Shown here: one piece after another, positions 47,302-57,039 of the stretch
Numbering within the stretch: the first letter of the stretch is position 1
Layout: the number at the start of each line of letters is the position of its first letter
Assembly: GCA_020025675.1 (NCBI GenBank)
Contig: JAHHRS010000001.1
Span: 4,812-68,811 of the forward strand
Direction: 5' to 3'
Length of the DNA stretch: 64,000 nt
Origin: Oscillospiraceae bacterium
GTDB lineage: Bacteria; Bacillota; Clostridia; Oscillospirales; Oscillospiraceae
The notes under the pieces: model-generated
What the model saw: the letters and a program-made list of their open reading frames with translations, nothing else
What the model was told of the DNA's origin: nothing
Database searches by the model: none
Position numbers and translations under genes: made by a program

Positions 47302-47337
47302 TTTTGTATTTACAAAAGTGCAAATCACAGCTATAAT
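47302..47337 (+). promoter_or_regulatory. Promoter of XRE-lepA operon with overlapping palindrome
   Basis: TTTACA (47309-47314), 17-nt spacer, TATAAT (47332-47337). The palindrome TTTTGTA-tt-TACAAAA (47302-47317) covers the -35 element. Confidence 0.65.
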
Positions 47338-47369
47338 ACAGTCTGTTATCAAAGAAAGCGGAGATATAT

Positions 47370-47681
47370 ATGGAGAGAAATTTTCCCGAAACCCTCTCGG
47401 CGCTGCGCCGGGAAAAAAATATAAGCCAGCGTCAGGCCGCCGCTGAGCTTGGAATAAGTCAGGCGCTTTTGAGCCATTATGAAAATGGAGCCAGAGAGCC
47501 GGGTCTTAATTTTGTTTGCCGGGCCTGCGACTATTACGGCGTCACGGCTGATTATATGCTATGTCGTTCCAACGACCCGGGCGGAGAAAATATCGGCATC
47601 GCCAAAGCGTTTATAGGCCAGATCCGCAATGTGCTTGACAGAGCGGAAAGTGTACTTGACCAGATTAACGGAGAAGAATAA
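47370..47681 (+). CDS. XRE-family helix-turn-helix transcriptional regulator
   Basis: HTH_3 motif [40 protein letters not shown]. Its stop TAA shares one base with the lepA ATG (TAATG). Confidence 0.8.
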   Translation: MERNFPETLSALRREKNISQRQAAAELGISQALLSHYENGAREPGLNFVCRACDYYGVTADYMLCRSNDPGGENIGIAKAFIGQIRNVLDRAESVLDQINGEE

Positions 47682-49486
47682 TGCAGGATCAGAAACACAT
47701 CAGAAATTTTTCAATAATTGCCCACATTGACCACGGTAAGTCCACTCTTTCAGACCGCCTTATAGAAAAGTGCGGAGCGGTGGAGCAGCGTATAATGTCA
47801 GACCAGATTCTGGATAATATGGATTTGGAAAAGGAAAGGGGCATAACAATTAAGGCCAGAGCCGTTGGCTTGGAATACACCGCAAAAGACGGGGAGAAGT
47901 ATACTCTGAACCTTATAGACACACCGGGACATGTTGACTTTAACTATGAGGTCAGCCGCTCTCTTGCAGCGTGCGAGGGTGCTGTGCTGGTGGTTGACGC
48001 TTCTCAGGGTGTTGAGGCTCAGACTCTTTCCAATACCTACCTTGCTTTGGAGAATGACCTTGAAATTCTGCCGGTGGTTAACAAAATTGACCTTCCTGCC
48101 GCCGACCCTAAGCGGGTCAAAGAGGAAGTTGAGGAAATAATCGGCATACCCGCCATGGACGCTCCGGAGATCAGCGCAAAGACAGGCATTAATATTGATG
48201 CTGTACTGGAAGATATTGTTCAAAACGTTCCTGCACCTTCAGGCGATCCGGACGCACCTTTAAAGGCGCTGATTTTTGACAGCCAGTACGATAACTATAA
48301 GGGCGTAATTGTCTTTATGAGAATTATGGACGGTAAAATCCGTAAGGATATGGAGCTTAAACTTATGTCCACCGGCGCCAGATATAAGGTTCTGGAAGTA
48401 GGCCATCTGCGCCCGGTGGGGCTTGAACCCTGCGAGGAGCTTTCTGCCGGTGATGTGGGTTACTTTACAGCCAGCATTAAGAACGTTTCCGATACTCAGG
48501 TGGGCGACACCGTTACAGAGGCTGCACGTCCTGCCGAGAAAGCTCTTCCCGGCTACCGCCCTGCAAGACCTATGGTTTACTGCGGTATCTACACTGAGGA
48601 CGGCTCAAAATATCCTGATCTGAGAGACGCATTGGAAAAGCTCAAATTAAACGACGCTTCACTTTCCTATGAGCCCGAAAGCTCTGCTGCCCTGGGCTTC
48701 GGTTTCCGCTGCGGATTTTTGGGTATGCTCCATATGGAGGTTATACAGGAGAGACTGGAAAGGGAGTTTAATCTGGAGCTGGTCACAACTCTGCCCTCCG
48801 TTATATACAAGGTGGTAAAGACTGACGGCAGCGAGGTTATGGTTGATAACCCCCACAATTACCCCGACACTGTCTCTATTGCTCAATCTTACGAGCCTTA
48901 TGTAAAGGCATCTATTATAACTCCCAACGAATACGTTGGTAATATTATGCCTCTCTGTCAGGACAGACGCGGTGTATATAACGGGATGCAGTACCTTGAC
49001 AGCAACCTTGTTGAAATGCACTACGATATGCCCTTAAACGAAATAGTTTATGACTTTTTTGATACCCTTAAAGCCAGAACCAAGGGCTATGCTTCTCTGG
49101 ATTTTGAGTTCTCGGACTATAAGGAGTCTGACCTTGTGAAAGTTGACCTTCTTATAAACGGAGATCAGGTGGATGCTCTGAGCCTTATTGCCCACAGAGA
49201 AAAAGCCTATCCCAGAGCCAGAAGGCTTTGCGAAAAGCTGAAGGAAAATATCCCCAGACAGCTTTTTGAAGTTCCTATTCAGGCCGCTATCGGCGGAAAG
49301 GTAATTGCCCGTGAGACTGTAAAAGCCATGCGTAAGGACGTGCTTGCAAAGTGCTACGGCGGCGATATTTCCAGAAAGAAAAAGCTGCTTGAAAAGCAGA
49401 AGGAAGGCAAAAAGAAGATGCGTCAGCTGGGTACTGTGCAAATACCCACAGAGGCATTCCTTGCAGTTCTTAAACTTGATGAATAA
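47681..49486 (+). CDS. lepA: Elongation factor 4
   Basis: [18 protein letters not shown]1 motif, DTPGH, NKID, and the LepA-specific C-terminal domain. Confidence 0.96.
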   Translation: MQDQKHIRNFSIIAHIDHGKSTLSDRLIEKCGAVEQRIMSDQILDNMDLEKERGITIKARAVGLEYTAKDGEKYTLNLIDTPGHVDFNYEVSRSLAACEGAVLVVDASQGVEAQTLSNTYLALENDLEILPVVNKIDLPAADPKRVKEEVEEIIGIPAMDAPEISAKTGINIDAVLEDIVQNVPAPSGDPDAPLKALIFDSQYDNYKGVIVFMRIMDGKIRKDMELKLMSTGARYKVLEVGHLRPVGLEPCEELSAGDVGYFTASIKNVSDTQVGDTVTEAARPAEKALPGYRPARPMVYCGIYTEDGSKYPDLRDALEKLKLNDASLSYEPESSAALGFGFRCGFLGMLHMEVIQERLEREFNLELVTTLPSVIYKVVKTDGSEVMVDNPHNYPDTVSIAQSYEPYVKASIITPNEYVGNIMPLCQDRRGVYNGMQYLDSNLVEMHYDMPLNEIVYDFFDTLKARTKGYASLDFEFSDYKESDLVKVDLLINGDQVDALSLIAHREKAYPRARRLCEKLKENIPRQLFEVPIQAAIGGKVIARETVKAMRKDVLAKCYGGDISRKKKLLEKQKEGKKKMRQLGTVQIPTEAFLAVLKLDE

Positions 49487-49490
49487 GAGA

Positions 49491-49523
49491 AAAACCGAGG
49501 CTGTTTATCAGCTTCGGTTTTTG
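49491..49523 (+). terminator. Intrinsic terminator after lepA
   Basis: AAACCGAGGCTG / CAGCTTCGGTTT stem, then a run of Ts. Confidence 0.85.
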
Positions 49524-49609
49524 ACTAAATAATCTTAATAGAATCTTAAACAATTACCCCCTTTATTCTTAAACGGACTTTGATTTACAATACAGTTGAG
49601 GTGAAAAGA

Positions 49610-50302
49610 GTGTACAGAGTTTTAATTTGCGATGATGAAAAGGACATAGTTTCCGCCCTTAAAATTTACCTTGAGAGCGACGGTTACGAAACCCTGTGTG
49701 CCTATAACGGTAAGGAGGCCATTGAGCTGCTGAGAGAAAACGAAGTCCATTTGGTGCTCATGGATATTATGATGCCGGAAATGGACGGCATAGCCGCAAT
49801 GGTTAAAATCAGAGAAGAGTGCAACGTACCTGTTATCCTACTTACTGCAAAGGGTGAGGATACAGACAAAATACTGGGGCTTAATGTAGGGGCTGACGAC
49901 TATGTTACAAAGCCCTTTAACCCTGTGGAGCTTCAGGCCAGAGTCCGCTCTCAGCTTAGACGCTATATGCTTTTAGGCGGAGGAAATGTCCGCAGCAGCA
50001 ACGTTAATATAGGCGGTATTTCCCTTGACGATAAGTCAAAAGAAGTGACTCTTGACGGTGAAAGAGTAAATCTTACTCCCAGAGAGTACGACATTCTGAA
50101 ATTCCTGATGTCTCACCCCGGCGATGTTTTCTCACCCTCCGAAATTTATCGGGAAGTGTGGAAAGATGAACCTTTCGGCTCGGACAGCACCGTTGCAGTA
50201 CACATTCGTCACCTCAGAGAGAAACTTGAAATCAACCCTGCTGAGCCCCGATATATTAAGGCTGTGTGGGGACAGGGATATAAAATCGAAAGGGGTAAAT
50301 GA
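49610..50302 (+). CDS. OmpR/PhoB-family response regulator
   Basis: I prefer the GTG at 49610 (GAGGTGA RBS). Receiver domain (LICDDE ... LVLMDIMMPEMDG ... K) and a winged-helix output domain (AVWGQGYKI). Confidence 0.9.
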   Translation: MYRVLICDDEKDIVSALKIYLESDGYETLCAYNGKEAIELLRENEVHLVLMDIMMPEMDGIAAMVKIREECNVPVILLTAKGEDTDKILGLNVGADDYVTKPFNPVELQARVRSQLRRYMLLGGGNVRSSNVNIGGISLDDKSKEVTLDGERVNLTPREYDILKFLMSHPGDVFSPSEIYREVWKDEPFGSDSTVAVHIRHLREKLEINPAEPRYIKAVWGQGYKIERGK

Positions 50303-50303
50303 A

Positions 50304-52283
50304 ATGAAAAAGCTTAAAAGCAGCCTGTGGGCAAAAATAATTGCCATGATACTGCTGTGCGTAATGGGCGTTGCTGTAGTAATGTTCGGTGCAATGGTGG
50401 CAGATGCATATTATGACGGGGCATACGAAAAAAGCTATACCGAATACTACAATGAAAAGATAATATCGACAGCCGAAAGAAACCTGCACAATATGTACAA
50501 TGGCAATGACGAAATGTGGTATGAAAACGATGAGTCAAAACAGGAAAGCAACCTGCGCTATAATGTTTATGAACTTCTGCCCAACGGTAAAGAAAAGCAG
50601 GTATATGAGGGACTGGAAAAGGGAGAGGAAACCATAGCCCAAACCGGTCTGTACTATTTGAGCGGAAACTATGAGGACGGAGCACATTACAGCGAGGGAC
50701 TTTTTGATAAATACACATATCTCACCTTTATGAGAAATGCGAAGGAAGCTCCCATTCTTGAAAATGTCCGGGGCTTTCGTGTTGACGCGTATGTGCTGCC
50801 TCTTACTGCAAACGACAATATATACCAGAGTGCAAAGTATGCCGATTTTTTATATAGTGTCCGCTATGCTGCCATGGTTATCTGCGGTATTTCTGCTATA
50901 ATATTTGCAATTCTGTTTTGCTTCCTTATGGCCTCGGCAGGACATAAAAAGGGAGAAGAGGAAATTTACCTCAACTCCGTTGCAAAAATTCCCTTTGATG
51001 GGTTGACCGTTATTGTGGGAGCAGCAGGCTTTTTATGTTTCTTATTTGGTTTTGCAATAATGCCGTCTTTTAATACGGCTGTCACCTTAATAGGCGCAAG
51101 TGCAGCAGCTGCGGCAGCCGTGTTTGCGGTAACGATCTACTGCATGTGCTTTGCAGCCAGAATGAAAAAAGGCGGATTTATATCCGGTGTATGGAAAAGC
51201 TGCCTTTTGTATAAGCTGTGTTTGTGGATCTGGAAATGGATTAAAAAGCTTATAGGCTTCTGCGCCAAATATGTAAAAGCGTTTTTCCTGTATCTTCCCG
51301 AATCCATAAGACCTATGGCAGTGGTTGCAGCGCTGATGCTGGTTGACATCCTTGTACTTGGCTTTAACGGCTATGAGTTTCACAATCAGCTGGTATGGCT
51401 GATTATTTCGAGAATTCTGGCACTGGGCGGTATTCTTTACCTGCTGACCTGCTTTAAGAAAATAAATCAGGGCATGAAGAAGGTGGCGGAGGAAGGCGAG
51501 AGCTGCAGCATTGACACAAAGTATCTCTACGGCCCTTTAAAGGAGCAGGCGGAAAATCTCAGCAACATTTCCGACGGCATAAAGAAAGCCGTTGAGGAAA
51601 AAATGAAGAGCGAGCGGTTCAGAACCGAGCTTATTACAAACGTTTCCCACGATATTAAAACCCCTCTTACCTCCATTGTTAACTATGTTGACCTGATGGA
51701 AAAGGAGGAGCCGGAAAACGAAAAGATGAAAGAATATCTGGAAGTTCTTTCCCGCCAGTCCGCCAGACTTAAAAAACTTATTGACGACCTTGTAGAGGCT
51801 TCAAAGGCTTCATCCGGCAGCCTGCCCGTAAACCTGCAAAAACTGGAGCTTGGGGTTCTTATTCAGCAGACAGCAGGCGAGTATCAGGAAAAAATGGCTG
51901 AAAAAGGTCTTGAACTCATAGTCACTCAGCCTGAGGAAAAAATAGAGATAATGGCTGACGGCAAGCATATGTGGCGGATATTTGATAACCTGATGAACAA
52001 TATCATTAAATATGCCATGCCCCGGACAAGAGTTTATATTGACCTTGAGAAAAAGGACAGTAATGCCATTGTAAGCTTCCGCAATATTTCAGATAAGCGC
52101 CTGAATGTGAAAAGTGAGGAACTTTTGGAACGCTTCGTAAGAGGTGACAGCTCCAGAAACACTGAGGGCTCAGGTCTTGGCTTATCAATCGCCCAGAGCC
52201 TTACCACTCTGCAGAACGGAGACATGGAACTTAGTGTTGACGGAGACCTGTTTAAAGTTACACTTAAATTTAAAGCCATATAA
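50304..52283 (+). CDS. Sensor histidine kinase
   Basis: ATG at 50304, 1 nt after the RR stop; the track ORF is over-extended to 50124. N-terminal TM, an extracytoplasmic region of about 200 aa, several TM helices, H-box SHDIKTPLTS, and N/G boxes. Confidence 0.88.
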   Translation: MKKLKSSLWAKIIAMILLCVMGVAVVMFGAMVADAYYDGAYEKSYTEYYNEKIISTAERNLHNMYNGNDEMWYENDESKQESNLRYNVYELLPNGKEKQVYEGLEKGEETIAQTGLYYLSGNYEDGAHYSEGLFDKYTYLTFMRNAKEAPILENVRGFRVDAYVLPLTANDNIYQSAKYADFLYSVRYAAMVICGISAIIFAILFCFLMASAGHKKGEEEIYLNSVAKIPFDGLTVIVGAAGFLCFLFGFAIMPSFNTAVTLIGASAAAAAAVFAVTIYCMCFAARMKKGGFISGVWKSCLLYKLCLWIWKWIKKLIGFCAKYVKAFFLYLPESIRPMAVVAALMLVDILVLGFNGYEFHNQLVWLIISRILALGGILYLLTCFKKINQGMKKVAEEGESCSIDTKYLYGPLKEQAENLSNISDGIKKAVEEKMKSERFRTELITNVSHDIKTPLTSIVNYVDLMEKEEPENEKMKEYLEVLSRQSARLKKLIDDLVEASKASSGSLPVNLQKLELGVLIQQTAGEYQEKMAEKGLELIVTQPEEKIEIMADGKHMWRIFDNLMNNIIKYAMPRTRVYIDLEKKDSNAIVSFRNISDKRLNVKSEELLERFVRGDSSRNTEGSGLGLSIAQSLTTLQNGDMELSVDGDLFKVTLKFKAI

Positions 52284-52292
52284 GCTTATAAT

Positions 52293-52327
52293 AAAAATCA
52301 GCAGTCAAAATGACTGCTGATTTTTTC
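52293..52327. terminator. Bidirectional terminator between HK and cupin genes
   Basis: ATCAGCAGTCA / TGACTGCTGAT 11-bp stem, flanked by AAAAA and TTTTTT. Confidence 0.85.
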
Positions 52328-52345
52328 TGCGGATATTTATAAATA

Positions 52346-52693
52346 TCAGGTGTTTAACACCAAGGCAATAACTTCCAGAGTTTCGTCCTTTTTATTTATA
52401 AGGCTGTGACCCTCACCGTCGTTTGTAAAGGTGACGTCACCGGGGTGGAGAACTGTCTCCATACCGTTGTCATTATAGAGACCCTCACCCTTAATTACAT
52501 AGTAGCACTCATATGTACCCTTATGGATGTGCCAGCCGATACCGGCACCCTTTTCGATATATGTGTGGTTAAAAATCTTTCCCTTATTCAGCATTTCCTC
52601 AGGACTCTGCAAAATGCGGCGCACATGCACGGGAGCGGGTCCGTTCTGAATGGTGATTTCTTCAAATATTCTGTCCTTTTCTCTTCTTACCAT
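52346..52693 (-). CDS. Cupin domain protein
   Basis: 115 aa. Cupin motifs GAGIGWHIHKGTYECYYVIKG and GDVTFTNDGEGHSL. Confidence 0.75.
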   Translation of the reverse strand: MVRREKDRIFEEITIQNGPAPVHVRRILQSPEEMLNKGKIFNHTYIEKGAGIGWHIHKGTYECYYVIKGEGLYNDNGMETVLHPGDVTFTNDGEGHSLINKKDETLEVIALVLNT

Positions 52694-52695
52694 AA

Positions 52696-53286
52696 TTAAT
52701 ATCCAAGCTCCTCATCAATTAAAATTACTTCAGTTTCCATGCCCATCATTGGCCCCCAAAGCACCAGAAGGGCATTGCATATTCTGGACTTCATGCGGCA
52801 GTCATGGCACTTGCCGTCAATCTTGCAGGGGTTATTGTTATCAAAACGTCCGCAGTTTTTAACAGCGGCAATATTTCTTGCTCTGTGGAGAGCGGAGTGA
52901 AAATCAGGGGTGATTTTATTTGTGCCTGCCACTATGTAGACCTTCTTTTCTCCGTATACCTGACCTGCAAGGCGGTTTCCTTTGCCGTCAATGTTTAAAA
53001 TCTCGCCCTCCTCGCTGATTGCGTTTGCACTTGTAATATATACGGGGGCGGAATTGGCTTTTGCTATGGTTTCAGGGCCGGGAGTTTTCCAGTGCCAGTA
53101 GACCGAATTGTTTTCGCCAAGCTTTTCAAAAAGGCCCAAAGCTTCAGCGGTTTTGGAGCCGCCGATGCCTACATCGGTATTCTTTACCTGAGAGCAGATA
53201 TACTCGGAGGCCTCAGCTCCGGTTTGGAAAAACTTAACATTATATCCACGAAGTTCAAGATTTTTTATGGTTTTTTCTAAATTCAT
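52696..53286 (-). CDS. LUD (lactate-utilisation, YkgG/LutC-like) domain protein with Cys-rich tail
   Basis: 196 aa. GIGGS and ISEEG motifs typical of LUD_dom, and a C-terminal CKIDGKCHDC. Located 2 nt upstream of the cupin gene. Confidence 0.7.
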   Translation of the reverse strand: MNLEKTIKNLELRGYNVKFFQTGAEASEYICSQVKNTDVGIGGSKTAEALGLFEKLGENNSVYWHWKTPGPETIAKANSAPVYITSANAISEEGEILNIDGKGNRLAGQVYGEKKVYIVAGTNKITPDFHSALHRARNIAAVKNCGRFDNNNPCKIDGKCHDCRMKSRICNALLVLWGPMMGMETEVILIDEELGY

Positions 53287-53310
53287 TACTCTCTACCTCC
53301 ATATAAAATT

Positions 53311-53354
53311 TCCCGTTGGGTATAGTTGATTATACTATACCCAACGGGATTTTT
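53311..53354. terminator. 16-bp perfect hairpin downstream of the nucleotidyltransferase gene
   Basis: TCCCGTTGGGTATAGT (53311-53326) / ACTATACCCAACGGGA (53334-53349). T-rich on the plus side and AATTTT on the minus side. Confidence 0.7.
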
Positions 53355-53358
53355 GCAA

Positions 53359-54384
53359 TTACAAATTGAATGCCTCTGCCAATTCTTTTGCGGATATGGC
53401 AAGGGATTTTGCGTACTCTGTATCCTCCGATGAGACTGCGATGCGGAGAGCCGATGTTTTACTTAAAGGTGAAATGTGCATATTAAATCTGGGACGAATT
53501 AACCTTATACCGTCGGAATAGTCAGCTCCCATGCTTAGAAGCGCCTCGGAAAGGGCACCCATAAGCGCAGCTCTGCTTTTGCAGGGACATTCAAGGCTTA
53601 CGGAAGAGTTTTCCGCCATTTCCTCAGTTTCTTCCGTTTTAGCCGGAATGAACTTCTCGCTTGGCTTTATTTTTAGGCGGCCCTGGAGAGCGTCAACACA
53701 GCACTTATAGTAGGAAAGGGGAGTTCCCACGTCACACCAATAGCCTTCAAGGGGTATTCCCAAAACCTTTTCACCACGCTCTAAAAGCAAAGGAAAAAAC
53801 TCTTTTCCGAAGTCATAGGGCTGATTGTCCGGCACAAGCTCCATAGCCTTGGGTGAAACCACATATATGCCCGTATTTACAAGGTCAGTCACAACTCGCT
53901 GCCATTTGGGCTTTTCTATAAATGCACGCACAAGACGGCCCTCGTCTGTTACTGCAAGGCCGTAGCTCAATGGCTCCGGGTCCTTGTGAAGAGCTATACT
54001 GACAGCCGCTTTTTCCTCTTTGTGCTTTTCCATAAGCTCTTTTAAATCAAAGTCACAGGCGGCGTCTCCGCTTATTACAAGGAAGTCATCATCAGCGTAA
54101 AAATCTTTGCAATTTTTTACACCGCCCGCTGTACCCAAAGCCTCTTTTTCCACCCGGTAGGAGAGATTAACACCGAATTTCTCGCCGTTACCGAAGTAAT
54201 CCATTATATCCTGTGCCCTGTATTTTACAGCTGCACATATATCCGTAAAACCCTGCTTTTTTAAAAGTTCTATTATATGCTCCATCATGGGTCTGCCAAG
54301 CAGTTCCACCATGGGTTTAGGTCTCTCTCCGGAGACGGCTTTAAGTCTTTTGCCCTGGCCGCCGGCCATGATAACAGCCTTCAA
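53359..54384 (-). CDS. Sugar-phosphate nucleotidyltransferase with C-terminal PGM/PMM domain-IV-like region
   Basis: I prefer the TTG at 54384 (GGGGGA RBS 6 nt upstream), which gives MKAVIMAGGQGKRL. The track start at 54426 is an alternative. NTP_transferase fold (GxGxRL). Confidence 0.8.
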   Translation of the reverse strand: MKAVIMAGGQGKRLKAVSGERPKPMVELLGRPMMEHIIELLKKQGFTDICAAVKYRAQDIMDYFGNGEKFGVNLSYRVEKEALGTAGGVKNCKDFYADDDFLVISGDAACDFDLKELMEKHKEEKAAVSIALHKDPEPLSYGLAVTDEGRLVRAFIEKPKWQRVVTDLVNTGIYVVSPKAMELVPDNQPYDFGKEFFPLLLERGEKVLGIPLEGYWCDVGTPLSYYKCCVDALQGRLKIKPSEKFIPAKTEETEEMAENSSVSLECPCKSRAALMGALSEALLSMGADYSDGIRLIRPRFNMHISPLSKTSALRIAVSSEDTEYAKSLAISAKELAEAFNL

Positions 54385-54538
54385 AGCATTTCCCCCTATA
54401 TTTAATATATTCATTAGTATTCGCAAAGCAGGCTGAATTATTAATCTTGTAATGCATGTGCAAATATGCTAGAATACTATGATGATTTAATATACTCGCT
54501 TTATCTTATGTATTTTGTCATATAAAGGAGGAACAGCG

Positions 54539-56536
54539 ATGAAAAGGAATAAAAAAATTCAAAAACTTGTTGAGCCGGGCGCGGGAGTATACCTGTTCTT
54601 CCTTTTGCTCTTTGCCGCGGCCACCATGTTCTTTAAGATGTATTATCTTGCTGCCGCTGAGGGTGTGGCAGTGCTGATTCTCATCGTATATGTGGTGATT
54701 TTGAAGCACAAGAAAGCCAAAGAGCTTTCAGCATATATAGAAGAAGTTAAATATGATACGGAAAATGCAAAAAACAATACCCTTATGAATTTTCCGCTGT
54801 CTATTGCAGTTTTCAGAATGGACGATTACAGGATAATCTGGGGAAACGATACTTTCTTTGAAATGTGTGCCTCGGATGTGGTTTCAAGGCTGGACGCCTC
54901 AATCTCAGATATAGTTCCCGACTTCAGCGGTAAATGGCTTATGGAAGGGAAAAAGGTTTATCCAAGCATTTTGGAGATAGGCGGAAGAAAATATCAGCTC
55001 CACGGTAAAATAATACGCTCAGACAAGGAGGACGATACCTCTGCATTCATGGGTATAGGCTACTTCGTGGATGTTACAGATTACGACAATATAAGGCTTG
55101 AGTATGAAAACTCCCGTCCTGTCCCGGGCATAGTTGTTGTGGATAACATGGAGGAGCTGTTTAAAAATCAGACCGACAGAGTGAAGAATGATATAAGGGA
55201 GCTTATTGAGGACAAGCTCCAGCAGTGGTGTCTGGATAATAAGGGTATACTTCGCCGTTACGACAGAGACCGCTATATAGTGGTATTCGAAAAGCGCTAT
55301 ATCCGTGAAATGAAGCTTCAGAAATTTCCAATAGTTGAAAATATGCATCAGGTAGAGAGTCCTGCCGGTATAAATGCAAGCATAAGCATAGGCTTAGGCG
55401 AGGATGGAGAAAATCTGGTGGAAGGCATACAGTTTGCCGATATGGGTATTGAGCTTGCCCTTTCAAGAGGCGGAGATCAGGTTGTTATTAAAAACAAGCT
55501 GAGCTTTGAATTTTTCGGCGGTCGCGGCTATGAAGTGGAAAAGCGGACAAAAGTTCGCTCCCGTGTTATGGCAAATACCCTTGCAGAGCTTTTGCGCGAT
55601 TCCTCTCAGGTGCTTGTTATGGGCCACCGTTATGCAGACCTTGACGCTGTGGGCGCAGCTGTGGGAGTATGCTGTCTCAGCAGAAAGTGCGGGGTAAGGG
55701 CAAATATCGTTATTGATCTGGAAAAGAATGCTGCCGGATTGCTCATAGACAGAGTCAGGGCAGAGGCAGAATACAAAGACATGTTTATAAGTCCTCAGGA
55801 GGCACTTCTCAAAGCTGACGGGCATACGCTTTTAGTGGTTGTTGACACCAACCGGCCTGAGCAGGTAGAATATCCGGATCTTCTGAGCGCATGCAACAGA
55901 GTTGCTGTTATAGACCACCACAGAGTAGCCGCCACATATATCCAGAATGCGGCACTGGGCTTTATAGAGCCGTATGCGTCTTCTGCCTGCGAGCTTATAA
56001 CGGAAATTTTGCAGGAAATAGCGGACGAATCGGATATTTTGAAGATAGAAGCTGAAGCTATGCTGGCCGGCATAGTTTTAGATACAAAGAGCTTTTCTAT
56101 ACGCACCGGTGAGCGCACTTTTGATGCCGCTTCCTATCTGCGGCGCATAGGAGCAGATACGGCAGAGGTTAAAAAACTTTTCCAGACAGATATGGAGGAC
56201 ACCATATCCAAGTACAAGATACTTCAAAGTGCAAAACTTTATAAAGGTGTGGCAGTTGCCGCACCTCAGGAGCCCCAGAACAGAGTGGTTGCGGCTCAGG
56301 CTGCAGACGAACTGCTTAACATTTCCGGTGTTACGGCCTCTGTGGTTGTTGCTCCCAACGGAAGAGGAGGGGCGTTTGCTTCAGCAAGATCCATAGGAGA
56401 AATAAATGTCCAGATTCTGATGGAAAAATTAGGCGGCGGAGGAAACAGAAGTGCTGCCGCAGCACAGTTTGAAAACATGGATTACAGCGAGGCAGCTGAA
56501 AAAGTATATGGTGCTATTGAAGAGTATTTAGGTTAA
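54539..56536 (+). CDS. gdpP: Cyclic-di-AMP phosphodiesterase GdpP
   Basis: I prefer the start at 54539 (AGGAGG RBS). Two N-terminal TM helices, a PAS-like region, a degenerate GGDEF domain, DHH (VIDHHR) and DHHA1 (GGGGN). Shows yybT-rplI-dnaB synteny. Confidence 0.9.
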   Translation: MKRNKKIQKLVEPGAGVYLFFLLLFAAATMFFKMYYLAAAEGVAVLILIVYVVILKHKKAKELSAYIEEVKYDTENAKNNTLMNFPLSIAVFRMDDYRIIWGNDTFFEMCASDVVSRLDASISDIVPDFSGKWLMEGKKVYPSILEIGGRKYQLHGKIIRSDKEDDTSAFMGIGYFVDVTDYDNIRLEYENSRPVPGIVVVDNMEELFKNQTDRVKNDIRELIEDKLQQWCLDNKGILRRYDRDRYIVVFEKRYIREMKLQKFPIVENMHQVESPAGINASISIGLGEDGENLVEGIQFADMGIELALSRGGDQVVIKNKLSFEFFGGRGYEVEKRTKVRSRVMANTLAELLRDSSQVLVMGHRYADLDAVGAAVGVCCLSRKCGVRANIVIDLEKNAAGLLIDRVRAEAEYKDMFISPQEALLKADGHTLLVVVDTNRPEQVEYPDLLSACNRVAVIDHHRVAATYIQNAALGFIEPYASSACELITEILQEIADESDILKIEAEAMLAGIVLDTKSFSIRTGERTFDAASYLRRIGADTAEVKKLFQTDMEDTISKYKILQSAKLYKGVAVAAPQEPQNRVVAAQAADELLNISGVTASVVVAPNGRGGAFASARSIGEINVQILMEKLGGGGNRSAAAAQFENMDYSEAAEKVYGAIEEYLG

Positions 56537-56560
56537 AGACTTGAAAGGAGATATAAGGAA

Positions 56561-57010
56561 ATGAAAGTAATATTTAATGTTGATGTTAAGGGACAGGGAA
56601 AAAAGGGCGAGATGAAAGAGGTATCTGACGGTTATGCCAGAAACTTCCTTTTACCCCGCAACCTTGCCACCGAGGCAACTGCCGATAATCTGAACGCACT
56701 GCGTCTTAAGGAAAAAGCCAAGGCCGCTCAAATTGCAAAGGAGAAGGCACAGGCACTGGAAAGCTCAAAGAAACTGGCAGAAGTTCAGGTTATTATAAAG
56801 GCAAAGGCCGGTGCAGGCGGAAAGCTTTTCGGCGCTGTCACCTCTCAGGAAATAAGCAAGGCTCTCAAGGAGCAGTTTGATATTGAAATTGAGAAGAACA
56901 AGATTGTTCAGGCAGATCCCATAAAGACTTTTGGAAGCTTTACCGTAAAGGCAAAGCTTGGATACGAAATCAGCGGAAATATTAACGTCCTGGTAGTAGA
57001 GGATAAGTAA
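56561..57010 (+). CDS. rplI: 50S ribosomal protein L9
   Basis: [32 protein letters not shown] is the canonical L9 N-terminus. Confidence 0.95.
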   Translation: MKVIFNVDVKGQGKKGEMKEVSDGYARNFLLPRNLATEATADNLNALRLKEKAKAAQIAKEKAQALESSKKLAEVQVIIKAKAGAGGKLFGAVTSQEISKALKEQFDIEIEKNKIVQADPIKTFGSFTVKAKLGYEISGNINVLVVEDK

Positions 57011-57039
57011 GAAATAAGCGGGAAAGGACGGCCTGTATA

